64,000 bases of DNA from Octopus sinensis (Eukaryota). Shown one piece after another: positions 52,216 through 63,890 of the stretch. The stretch lies in the NCBI RefSeq assembly GCF_006345805.1, contig NC_043006.1, positions 51,088,001 to 51,152,000 of the forward strand, in the 5' to 3' direction. Position numbers and translations under genes: made by a program. The number at the start of each line of letters is the position of its first letter. The first letter of the stretch is position 1. Below the pieces are notes generated by a model that saw only the letters and a program-made list of their open reading frames with translations, ran no database searches and had not been told where the DNA came from.

Positions 52216-52521
52216 TCAGGGTTTTCAACCATTTTCTGGTGGAACCCCATTGCCATTCGATGTTTAAAAACTAGTTTTATTGATAGTTTTTCAAAATTCC
52301 TATTTTATTTTCTACATATTAACTTTTGTATATTGAACTATGTAAAAATGTTAGAGAAAGAAACCTTTTTCTTGTAATACATAGCAATACACACATCTAA
52401 AGCAAATATTTTTCAGGAGCCTTTATAATTGTGAATCCCCAATTTACGATTTTGTTGCATGGACTTTAGAAATCTTATATGATCCCTGAGGGGCTATATG
52501 GACCCCGGTTAAAAACCATTG
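52216..52521. mobile_element. hAT (Charlie-like) MITE
   Basis: cagggttttcaacc ... ggttaaaaaccattg|gtctagat. The right flank fits nTCTAGAn; the left flank does not match it. Confidence 0.45.
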
Positions 52522-53374
52522 GTCTAGATAATTAGCATAATGTTTTGTTTTTTTAATGAGCTAAGAGAAATAATTCAGAATAGACAGTGGTATATTTATG
52601 AACAAAGAGACAGGTATATCAATTACTATACAACATAAATTCTTGATTTATAAAATTTATTTCCACCTCTAGAGACTATCACAATTACCAAATACTAGAA
52701 AACAGCTCCATGTGAAGGGGAGGTAATCTCGCAAATCAAAAATTTTACGTTGTTCATATACATACAGCTGTTGAATTATAAATAAAATGTAAAGCATAAT
52801 GTCCCACAGAAAGGCCTCGACTTTTTCTGTCCAAAAATGTAACCTAATATTTACATGTTGTTATTTGTAGCTTTATCTACTTCGAGTTCAACAGATAAAA
52901 AAGAATTAAGCATAATCATGTTTTTTTTTATTATTTTTCATTTAACACAGTTTTTGTGGAGGCATGTGGTTTTGTGCTTAGAGTTTTAGACTCATGATCG
53001 TAAGATTGTGGTTTCGATTCCAAGACCGGGCGACACGTTGTGTTCTTGTGCAAAACACATCATTTCACGTAGCTCCAATCCAGCTGGCAGAAATGAGTAA
53101 TCCAACGATGGACCGCATCACGTCCAGCTGGGGGGTGGTATACGTGCCACGGAAACTGGGAAATCGGCCGTATATGACTTGGAAAGGACCTTTATCCTTT
53201 GTCCTTAAGATAATTTTAACAATGAAACGAAATTCTCCATAATATTTCTGATTTTGAAAAGACCCACAGCATTCCAGCTTTAGTTACAACTGATGAAGTA
53301 AATGGCTTTGGTTCTTGATTTTAAACTTTAAATTGCACACACACACACACACACACACACACAACACACACACA

Positions 53375-53405
<31 letters not shown>

Positions 53406-53725
53406 CACACACACACATTCATACATGCTTACATATATACTTATATGTCGTATAAGCTTATACGCTTACATATATACTTACATATAGTATTTATACAAAT
53501 ATACATATATATACGGATATATAAAACAGGCATAAATAATAGGATTTAAATATTTATTTATACGTTATAGACTTACAGGTGTTTCAGTTACATATTTCGG
53601 GTGAGTTCTTGTTAAATTTAATCAATCGATCGATTGATCAATTGAAAATATAGTGAACGACCGTCACAATGCTATCTTCGTCAGAATCCGAGAAGTCAAC
53701 TGGCAAAAGAAAAGAAACGTAACGT

Positions 53726-54125
53726 GTAGCATCCACCCTTATGGGTTAGCCATATTCAAATGGCATATGTGCATCACGATGTGTTACCGCTACTGTTTAT
53801 AACTCGCTCTGAGATTTATCATTGTTTGATTTCACTTTTTCAATATCAGTGTCAAATCGACACTGGAAAAAGTATATGTATTTGTGAAGGGATCTGACTT
53901 CTCATCGACAACCATGATTGTCACACGCTGATGAAAGGTAAACACCTTGAAACACGGGTACGTGTGTATCATGTGTTGAAGACGGGGAGGATGACTCCCT
54001 TTCACAAATACTGACAGGACACAGATAGTGTGTCTATGGCCAGCTGGAGGAGATATCTTCCTGGGGCTACAAACTACAGTAGCATCCACCCTTATGGGTT
54101 AGCCATATTCAAATGGCATATGTGC

Positions 54126-54130
<5 letters not shown>
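53726..54130 (+). mobile_element. Putative retrozyme: 353-bp hammerhead-containing monomer plus 52-bp terminal redundancy
   Basis: An exact 52-bp direct repeat (53726-53777 and 54079-54130) encloses a complete hammerhead and several hairpins. The element ends at (TA)n. Confidence 0.75.
53913..53973 (+). ncRNA. Type I hammerhead ribozyme (predicted cleavage after GUA at 53960)
   Basis: CATGAT-tgt-CACACG-CTGATGA-AAGGT(AAAC)ACCTT-GAAA-C(ACGG)G-TA-CGTGTG-t-ATCATG. Invariant core intact, 5-bp stem II, 6+6-bp stem I with an internal loop. Confidence 0.9.
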
Positions 54131-54167
<37 letters not shown>

Positions 54168-54324
54168 CTGTGTATGTATATATATATACGCATATATATA
54201 GAGAGACAGACACACAGACAAGGGCAGACTCGCCGACAAAGAGATGGGTAGGTAGTGGTATGTATGTATGTAGGTAGGTACGTAGGGTGGTAGGTATGAG
54301 TTTATACGTCCGTCCGATTTTCTT

Positions 54325-55000
54325 CCCAAAAGGGGATGATAAGTCGATAAAGAGACATTCTTTATCAACTTTATCTTTAATAACAATCTCTGGGGAGTTG
54401 GCTTTGATTACTCTGTCAGCTTCTATAGACACGTATATCTCAAGAATATTTTGATTTGATTTTCTCAGCAATAACTCATGTTGCTGTTGTTGTTGTTGTA
54501 ACTGCTGCTGTTGACTTTGTTGTTGTTCCTGTCTTTGGCCCCAGGGCCACTCTGATCATATGCAAACCAATGATCAAAGTTTTTTCCATCGGTAAACGAT
54601 ACCATCTTTTCAGATATAATTTATCCCAGATAACATTATTCAGTATCTCCTTTTTTATTCTTGAACTGTAGGGCATGATCAAATATAAATTTGGAGGCTA
54701 TTTCTTGCATCAGATCAGTAGACCACATTGAAGGTTTCTCGTTGGATTGACTGATACTTATTTTACCAATCTAGGGTAGATAAAATGCAAAGTCGATATC
54801 AAAGGAATGTAAATTCAGAATATAAAGAGAAGAAACTATATAATTCAAAATATTTCGTTGGAGTACGCTATCGAGTTTGCAATCCACTGTCATAACAAAG
54901 AAACCAGATTTGAAGTCCACGAAATAATAAACTATATGCATGACGTAGTTCACTGTCTTGATAATTAATGACATCATAATATATGACGCCATATCCTTGC
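54325..55000 (-). mobile_element. Dong/R4-type fragment (internally deleted, RLE domain start)
   Basis: VSIEADRVIKANSPEIVIKDKVDKECLFIDLS, plus upstream ILNNVIWDKLYLKRWY. Confidence 0.7.
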
Positions 55001-55318
55001 ACTCGTTAATGACCTTATCCGAAATTCTTCCCTCGTTTTATTGACAGGCAAAATAGTAAAATAGAAAAGTGCTGACTTTTTATCAGATGGTTGACCATTA
55101 TCTGCAATGATAATTTGGGTATAACAACAAATAGAATTTTAAAACATTCGATATCTGCGCCAATGGATCTGAGCAATGTTCAACGATGGATTTCTTCTTT
55201 TGGTCTCGGGCGGATTTGAATTTAGTATGTATAGGATTGTAACTAAATGCCACAAGGAGATCTAGCCTGGTATTCCACTGCTTCTGCCATTCCATCGACC
55301 TCGAGTCCTGTATAACAT

Positions 55319-55351
<33 letters not shown>

Positions 55352-56124
55352 GTGTATGTATATAAATTTCCAAAGTTGACATGCTGTTAAAGACAAAGAC
55401 AGGCTAAGAGGACGCGTGTTTCTGCCTAAGTGGTCGTCACTAGCACTACAATTCACCTATCTTATCTCCAGCGACCAAGGAACATAAACAGATACCCAGG
55501 ATCTTTTCAATGAAAAGATCCGATACCCATGTGGTACACACCGATGGAACAACTTTGATCATTGGTTTGCATATGATCAGAGTGGCCCTGGGGCCAAAGA
55601 CAAGAACAACAACAAAGTCAACAGCAGCAGTTACAACAACAACAACAACAACAGCAACATGAGTTATTGCTGAGAAAATCAAATCAAAATACTCTTGAGA
55701 TATACGTGTCTATAGAAGCTGACAGAGTATATATATATATATATATTGCAAAAGGTATAATTTCTGATACTTTGCTTCATCTTTATATTGTCTTTCACAA
55801 TATATTTTAACTGTGTGACATCGCCCCCCCCCTCTCTCTCTCTCTCTCTCTTTATCAATCCTACTTTATCTCATGTAATGGACCAAATTTTCATTTTATT
55901 ATGCGTATCTTGAAAACAAAGTGGGAGCCTTCAACGTAGTTACTCGAACTGCTAAAAATAGTAGCTAAACGCCTGTCAAACCACCATACCTTGCTGTTTT
56001 GTTGTTTTTGTTTCTACTAAAGGCGGTGCTCCAGCATGGCCACAGTCACATGACTGAAACAAGTAAGAGAGTAAAAGAGTTAAAATGAAAAATTAGATTA
56101 TGTAGTCCTATATACACTCTGGAA

Positions 56125-56301
56125 CAATGGTGTAGCTAGGTGTGTACCACATGGGGCAGCCCTGAATTTTTCCTCTATCTCCCCCCGCCCAAGACAATAC
56201 AGTTTTATACAGTAGACCCCAAATTGCCACCCCCATGAAAACATCGCCCACAGCTAACCTTAACCCTAATTCTCTTGCTCCCATCTCCAGCTACGCTACT
56301 G
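56125..56301. mobile_element. hAT-type MITE with 8-bp TSD
   Basis: CTCTGGAA|caatggtgtagctag ... ccagctacgctactg|CTCTGGAG (TSD 7/8 match). Confidence 0.7.
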
Positions 56302-56869
56302 CTCTGGAGGAGAAATCATTAACCACGCTTCCATCCAAGTGGCATAGTTAATAGGGGAACGGGTGGGGTTGCCCCCCCCCCCCCCCCACCAGCACATTTT
56401 TCAAAACTGGCGTCTTTTCAATAATTTTTTTAACGCCTTAGTTACCTACAACAGAAGTTGTAAGTTTCAGACATAATGTCGTTGTTACCGAAACACGAAA
56501 TCAATAAATGTAGAATGCGATTATGTATCTTATAACTAATGAAATATTTCGCGTAATATAAAGCAAGTGAGTCAAAAATTGTTTGGTATGTATCACGATG
56601 CCTTTTTTTTTTTTTTTATGTGCTCACTTACTCTAACTTTAGAACCTGGTAACGCATCTGCAACGAACACTACGGTTCAGTACACCATATGCCCATAAAT
56701 TACCTTTATTCTATCACCATTCCACAGCATCCACAATTCTGCCACTGAGCCATACCATATTCAGCCCTTAACCAGTACTACCATGTCTACTATTACCGAA
56801 ATACAACCAGTGCCACTACTTAGCCACTGACATTGCCCTCATCACCATACCACCGCGGTTATACTACAA

Positions 56870-57272
56870 CTAGCAGTATAGCCCGGCGTTGCTCGGGTTT
56901 GTTTTTTAGTTGCGCTTAAAACTGCAGACTTTGATGTCGCGTTAACAAAGTTCTTTTTTGAAAAGTAAAAGTTTTGCATTATGTAGCTTGTTATTCTCTT
57001 TAAGTGAACATTTTTCTGGTTGAAATACACCGAAAAATGGCGACACAGCAGTCAAAAAGTCGTTAAAAAATAAGGATTTTCATAGAAAAAAAGCACCTTT
57101 TTGATGTAAATTTTTGGTCCTAACATGGTCCGATTTGAATTTTTTCTTCTACGGAATGAAGAGCAAGCCTTCTTCTATCTATCATACTCTCAATTTTGGT
57201 TAACTTGCGCCGCAGTGTCTCAGAGGAGATAGTGTTAGTTGAAGGCTACCAAACCTGCCATACACACACACA

Positions 57273-57312
<40 letters not shown>

Positions 57313-57332
57313 TTCAGCTTTATATGTATAGA
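56870..57332 (-). mobile_element. Non-autonomous Helitron
   Basis: Minus strand A|TCTATACATATAAAGC ... same 3' hairpin and CTAG|T end as 23279-23677. Confidence 0.88.
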
Positions 57333-57840
57333 TTTCATCAGATTCACAAATACGACATCACCAACACTACCAATACTAACACCTTTACTCTACAATTCCT
57401 CCAGATCTAACGTCCCTTCCACCACCACCACCACAAACACCACCCCCACCTTTACTGTCCCACAATGCCAATGCCGACACAGCTTTCCATCATCTCATTC
57501 TGATTCTTTTATGTATCTTCAGGAATCTAACTGAAAAAGTTCGTTGTGTATGCCAATGTTAGTCGCCAGCTGTTCCACAAGCTATACACCATCCCCGCCG
57601 CAACCGTCTACCATACTCTCTGAAACTCATTTATTTATGATTCAAGAGATTATTCTTTCTTTTTTTTCTTTTTTTTTACCTTCGTAGAGGGAAGTCTTTG
57701 CGTACTTGCTTTCCGCCCTTTTAAGCAGAAGGGAGCTAAATGTTTAAGGCGCTTCCTTTAACATTCGTGTTATATATATATTTTTTTTCTGTTGCAATCT
57801 ACTTTTCTCTTCTCTCTCTCTCTCTCTCCCTCCCTCTCTT

Positions 57841-57873
<33 letters not shown>

Positions 57874-57905
57874 CCTCCCTCTCTTTCTCTCTCTCTCTCC
57901 CTCTT

Positions 57906-57937
<32 letters not shown>

Positions 57938-58022
57938 AATCTATTTATCTGTCTGTCTCTGTCTCTCTTCTCTCTCTCTCATACACACACACACACACAC
58001 AAGTATATATATATATACATAT

Positions 58023-58080
<58 letters not shown>

Positions 58081-58281
58081 AGATAGACAGATAAAGAGAC
58101 GGAAGAGAGAGAGCGCGGGAGATATTGCTTATATCTATCAAGAGAAAAAGTACTCGATAGATGGTAAGGCGTGTGATTATAATTATTCGGTTGTAGCCTT
58201 TTAGTCGTTACATACTAACCTATGAACATGGACGCCTGATTAATTGAACATTCGTCAAACAATGGCAGAAGACACCGGGCA

Positions 58282-58343
<62 letters not shown>

Positions 58344-60280
58344 GGATGGTATTTCTAGCCTCGCTGTAAATTTTGGAAGTACAATGTTCTACAGGCAACA
58401 TGGCATCTAACATTTTATTTCGTCACCATGTTTAATACCACCACCACTACCACCCACCACCTGGCCCTTTGGTGCCTTCTGTAGAGTTAGACTCCACACT
58501 CCACTCTGTTTCAAGTATTCAGGCCAAGCCTCCTCTCTTGCTGATAATTTGGTATTTTGATACACCGTTTCCTTCTGCAGCTACCCATGAGACCTGATTC
58601 CTTTTTCCATTTCCCCTCTCAGTCTCAGAGGCTTTACAAAAAAAAGATCATAGATTCTGCTCTTCCTTATCTGACTAAGCCATAAAAAATCTTTGTTTTT
58701 CCTTTTTTTTTAACGGATTTCCACCTACTTAAGTGTCTTCCCGGTTAGAATCAAGCAGGCACTGGCAGTGAGACCTTTTAAGTGGCAGTCAGTATTTCGG
58801 TCTTAGTCGTAAACTTAGTTATAGTTCCTCTTCTTCTCTGTGGGGCATCGGATGATGAGAGATCTTCCTCTTGTCCAATTGCAAGCCCTGTCATGAACCT
58901 ACTCCCAAGCCGAACCTTTACTAGGTTCTTACCCACAACCAGATCTTGACAGGTCTCCCTCGCCTTCTGCACCACCTTTTTGCCTTTCACAGAAGAGAAG
59001 CTTTCACTGTTCTCTTCGTGAACATGCGTAACACAAGGTCCAGCATCTTTTGCTACTCAATGCATTTGTTGAGTAAGAGTTACACTGTAGGTATTATAAA
59101 GTTTGAAATGCTTCACACAGACAATTGGGGAGAGAATCCTCAGACAGTAGGATTTCTTTCAATGAAAGTTCTATCTAACTCAGTGAATGCAACTGAAACA
59201 GAATTCATATTAAAATCCTTTTCTACTCTAGGTACTAGGCCCGAAATTTTGGGGCAAGGGGCCAGTCGATTAGATCGTCCGAAAGGATGAAAGGCAAAGT
59301 TGAATTCATATTAATATTGCCATATATGTATCAAACTTTTTTACTTGCTTCAGTCATTTGACTGTGACCATGCTGGAGCACCGCCTTTAGTCAAGCAAAT
59401 CGACCCCAGGACTTATTCTTTGTAAGCCTAGTATTTATTCTATCGGTTTCTTTTGCCGAACCGCTAAGTTACGGGGACGTAAACACACCAGCATCGGTTG
59501 TCAAGCGATGTTGGGGGACAAACACAGACACACAAGCATATGCACACATATATATGTATACATATATACGACGGACTTCTTTCAGTTTCCGTCTACCAAA
59601 TCCACTCACAAGGCTTTGGTCGACCCGAGGCTATAGTAGAAGATACTTGCCCAAGGTGCCACGCAGTTGGACTGAACCCGGAACCATGTAGTTGGTAAAC
59701 AAGCTACTTACCACACGAGTATTGATGCATGTATTTCATCCTAGCTTGTGACAAATTGGTGCATAGCATTGACAAGCCCCAAACAGAGTAAAATATGCCC
59801 GTCGTTCTCGTGAATCACTGCTGCGACAATGTTCGCCTCGTCCCGATACATATTGTGTTTTTTACACAGCATGTCATTGAAGAGAAAGTGGGTGCCTTTA
59901 ACGTAGTTACTCGAACTGCTAAAAATATTAGCTAAACGCCTCTTTAAGACGCTGAAGTGTGATTTCATAGAATTTTAGTTTCTGTTTCTAGCCAGTCGAA
60001 GTCTCCTACGTTGACTCACGACCAACCAGTCGAACAACAGCGTAGAGACTCCTACGTTGACTCACGACCAACAATTTTCAAAGAGCCTCCTAGAGACTCC
60101 TTAGAAATCATTGAGTTTTCTGATTTACTCCATATGCTCTTAGTCCCTTGCACTCTTCTAAAAATAAATGAATTATAACATAATGTAAAACGGTGGCGAC
60201 ATCTATGATTCTTCGGGGGAAATTATGTTAAATAGTAATCCCTGAATAAGAATTGGTTGGCTACCGATAACTCCATACTT

Positions 60281-60492
60281 TACGACAGTGCTGAAAAGTT
60301 CCTAGCTTTGGGTAAAAGAAAATACATGAGGATCAATTAAATATGATTTTATTCAACATATTCCCCTCTTACACAGTTATTGCAGCGTCCTTCAGTTTTT
60401 CTAAGCCCTGTAAAATAACTCGGAAGGTTGGGCCTCCAACCACATCTTTTGTGACACCCGTAAAGCCAGAAACTTTTCAGCCACCCCTCGTA
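60281..60492. mobile_element. Mariner-type MITE
   Basis: TA-cgacagtgctgaaaagttcctagcttt ... aaagccagaaacttttcagccacccctcg-TA. Confidence 0.7.
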
Positions 60493-63400
60493 CAATATTG
60501 AGTTTAAATTCTGTTAGTTTCGTCGATCTCCCTCCGCACCAGTGTTTGATTACTGTTAAATACCTAATAACTATTGTGTGAAGGCGCGTGGCTTAGCGAC
60601 TAGGGTATTCGGTTTACGATCGTAAGGTTGTGAGTTCGATTACTGGCGGCGATTTATTTCACGTTGTTCCTGTTCATTCATCTGGCAAAAATGATTAGTA
60701 CCTGTATTTCAAAGGGCCAGCCTTGTCACATTCTGTTTCACGCTGAATCTCCCTGAGAGCTATGTTAAAGGTACACGTGTCGGTGGAGTGTTCAGCCACT
60801 TGTACGTTAATTTCACGAGCAAGCTATTCTTTTGATTGGATCAACTGGAATCCTCGTCGTCGTAACCGACGGAGTGCCAGTTTTTTTTAAATAAATACCA
60901 GCTAAATACTGAATCGTTTCAATCGACTGGATACTCCACTCCTCATTATAAATTTGCAGCCTTGAGCCGTTGTCAGGAATGGAGTAGTATTTGGAGAATG
61001 TAGTGCAGCGGAAAAAGAACAGCACCGAAATAAGCATTTTAGTCTTTAGTTGGTGTTACATTAGCGTGCCTTTCTACCACCGTATCCGTAGTCTATGCTG
61101 TGAAATGACCTGATCTGGGTTAGGAGTAGGATTAACGTTTTGGATTAGGTTTTGGGCTTAAGGATTGAGGTTATAAGTTAGGGTTAGGGTTAAATTGTAC
61201 GCTAAATTCTAAATGGCCTGGTATATCGTACTCTAAAGTGGTACTCTTTCATTGTTGCTTCCGCCATCATCATACTTTGTATTTTGAGTTCATTTTCTAC
61301 TAGCAAAATTAGATTTCCCTATTGATGTTTCTCCAATATTGGTAAAATAAATACCAGTCGTATATTAAAGTCTATCCTAATATGTGCACTTTCATAACTT
61401 CGTGACCTTAACAGTGTAGTGGTGGTGGTGATGGGATCATTATTTTTCGGCAAGTGTAGGATGAGATAAGTCGTCAGCTTTAAAATACATTACTTAGTTC
61501 TGGTGAATTTAAATACCGCTGAGATCCAATTTGGCTTTCATCTTTCAAGAAATGATAAAATAAAGTACTCATATGCGTAGACATGTTAGTGTAGTTAAGA
61601 ATCTCGCTTTGCAACCACGTTTTCGGATTCAGTCCCACTGCACAGTACCTCGAGCAAGTGTCTTCTACTATAGACCTAGATCAACCAAATGCCTTGTGAG
61701 AGAATTTGGTGGACTGAAACTGGGTGGTAACCTGTCGTATGTGTGTGTATATGTTGGTGTTTCTTAACCACGTTTGACAAATAGTGTTGGCTTGTCTACG
61801 TCCCTGTAACTTGGCTGTTCGGCATAGAATATGAACCCGACTTAAAAAATGAGAGTAGTGACTTCATTTAGGCATAGAGTAGATTCGAACCTGAATCGGC
61901 AAATTTCCTATAATATTTCAACAGCACTTTTCTCACAGAACATCAATAGTGACAGCAGTTACAATGAACACATGGCTTCGCTAAGCCGATTTATGTCTTT
62001 GCCACTTAACCCTTTTGACCTCTTCTATATCACCAAAAGTTGAATTGAAATAACAGACCCCTAAAGAATATCTATTGTTCTCTGCAATACACCTATTTTT
62101 CTAACTAGTTTTGTATAGTTATAAATACAAGAACTCCGTAAGCCAATGAGTCTGGCTGACCGGCAGAACGAAATGCCGTCTCTGAACGAAAAGGTACAGA
62201 GGGACAACTGTGGTAACTCACCAACGAAGCAGTTGCTTCGTCCCACTACTTTCACTTTCACTAGCTCACTTTCTTTTCTCTGCAACATCACTCTATCTAT
62301 CTTTGTCCCTGCTGCTACAATGACGAGAGCACAAATACAAACTATACGAGGATAATCTACAATATCTCTCTTTATTTCGCGTGCTTTACGAATTGTATAA
62401 CACCAGCACCTTGTGGCTTGGCTATATACAAAGTAACGGTTAATAAATGTTTGTTTACATCTTCGATCACGGTTCTTTCATCTTGCACATCTACAACATC
62501 AACACCAGTTACAAACGGTAACCTCCGACTTCAACACATATCCTAAAACATACCGTTACATAAGTACTGAAGCCGATTTGATTTCTAGCGGTTCCCTAAC
62601 ATGGCCGCCGTCTAATGACTGAAGCAAGGAGAAGATCAAATACTGATGCTAATTTAATTTATTGTACTACTTTACAAACATTTGTGACCTTGTGCTTATG
62701 TTCAAAATTATGTCTCCACCTTTCTACGTCCCAATTTTGAATTTCACCGAAGAAAACAGCCTTGATTTTCATACATTCGTGCTTGAATTAAAAGAGTACC
62801 AGCAGTATTTTTTGGATTTAGTTGAGTTCAGTCGGTTGTGAACTTTTTGTTCCTTCCGTAGGAATTTAGTCTATCCATCCGTCTGGCACAGCATGGAGTT
62901 TGGGGCATTGCCAGACAGACAGATGACGTCTGGTATGATAGAGACCGAGATGTAAATTCTTTCACTTTTCTTTTTCATTAGACTATGATAATGATAACAT
63001 ACTAAATATAACAAACTATAGCTTACCCAAAACCTGATACCTAGAAGATCTGTATAAAGTATGTCTGTCTATGTATAGTACCAGGTGTCTGGTTAGTAAA
63101 TCAAATAATTTATAACCGGTTTGAATCCCAGAATTCGCTCCCTTGATTTATTTCATATGAATTGTCGTTAACTTATTCGCATTACGGGTAAAGTTTCAGT
63201 TGATTAAAAATTATTTTTGGATCACTATATTAAGTAACAAATATTAGTGACGGAAGCAGTATTAATAACAAATAGCAATCTCTCGTGATGATTATCACAA
63301 TATTCGGATTTCTAACAGTATACCTACATAGAGCAGAATAAAAAGATTACCACTATATTAAGTATATTATTCCACACTTAATTATATGTTCTTCATGCAG

Positions 63401-63637
63401 ATGGCATCCCTAAGAAATTTTCAAACGTCAATTTTAAATAGCATGATCAGTAGCGAACACGTTTATCTATACGTCTCTGAAGAGTTCTAATAAAACCAAA
63501 CGACGTCCTGTGGCCAAAACATATTCGGAGACCAAAACACAAACGGAGACCGCAACACGTCACCTTACTTACCAAAGAGTAGACCTACTACCCCACTACA
63601 TATCTTCCTTTGAATTTAAATCCATTTAAATTTCTAA

Positions 63638-63674
<37 letters not shown>

Positions 63675-63717
63675 CATACCTCTCTCTCTATATATATATA
63701 TACATATATATATATAG

Positions 63718-63838
63718 CATCTAGTTTCAGCTCACGAGCTGTCGCCATGCTGGGGCACCGCCATTTGGTGTTGCTACATAATTTTACTTCACGAATGCTT
63801 TTTAGCAATTGACATTTGGTACATGAGAGAGTTTGATA
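63718..63838 (-). mobile_element. CR1 LINE 3' end including its tail
   Basis: 63790-63836 matches 43618-43662. It continues into the tail ggcggtgccccagcatggcgacagctcgtgagctgaaactaga. Confidence 0.75.
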
Positions 63839-63890
63839 CGTGTGTGTTTGCGTGCGTGCGTGCGTATGTGTGTGTGCGCGCGCGTGTGTA

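Noticed and set aside
53640-53690. Minus-strand CTGACGAAGATAGC just upstream of the retrozyme
   Set aside because: No downstream GAAA or stem II partner, so it is not a hammerhead as it stands.
59741-59968. 75-aa minus-strand ORF in partly unique sequence
   Set aside because: Its start lies in an interspersed repeat shared with 55930-55990, and it has no recognisable motif.
61140-61195. TTAGGG-like repeats (also degenerate near 56255)
   Set aside because: Only about two exact units in degenerate context. Too short to call an interstitial telomere.
25-63808. Dozens of ORFs rich in YI, VC, HT, poly-I, poly-L, poly-E or poly-K in the six-frame track
   Set aside because: They are translations of (TA)n, (TG)n, (TATG)n, (ATT)n and (GAA)n microsatellites, with no domain signatures.
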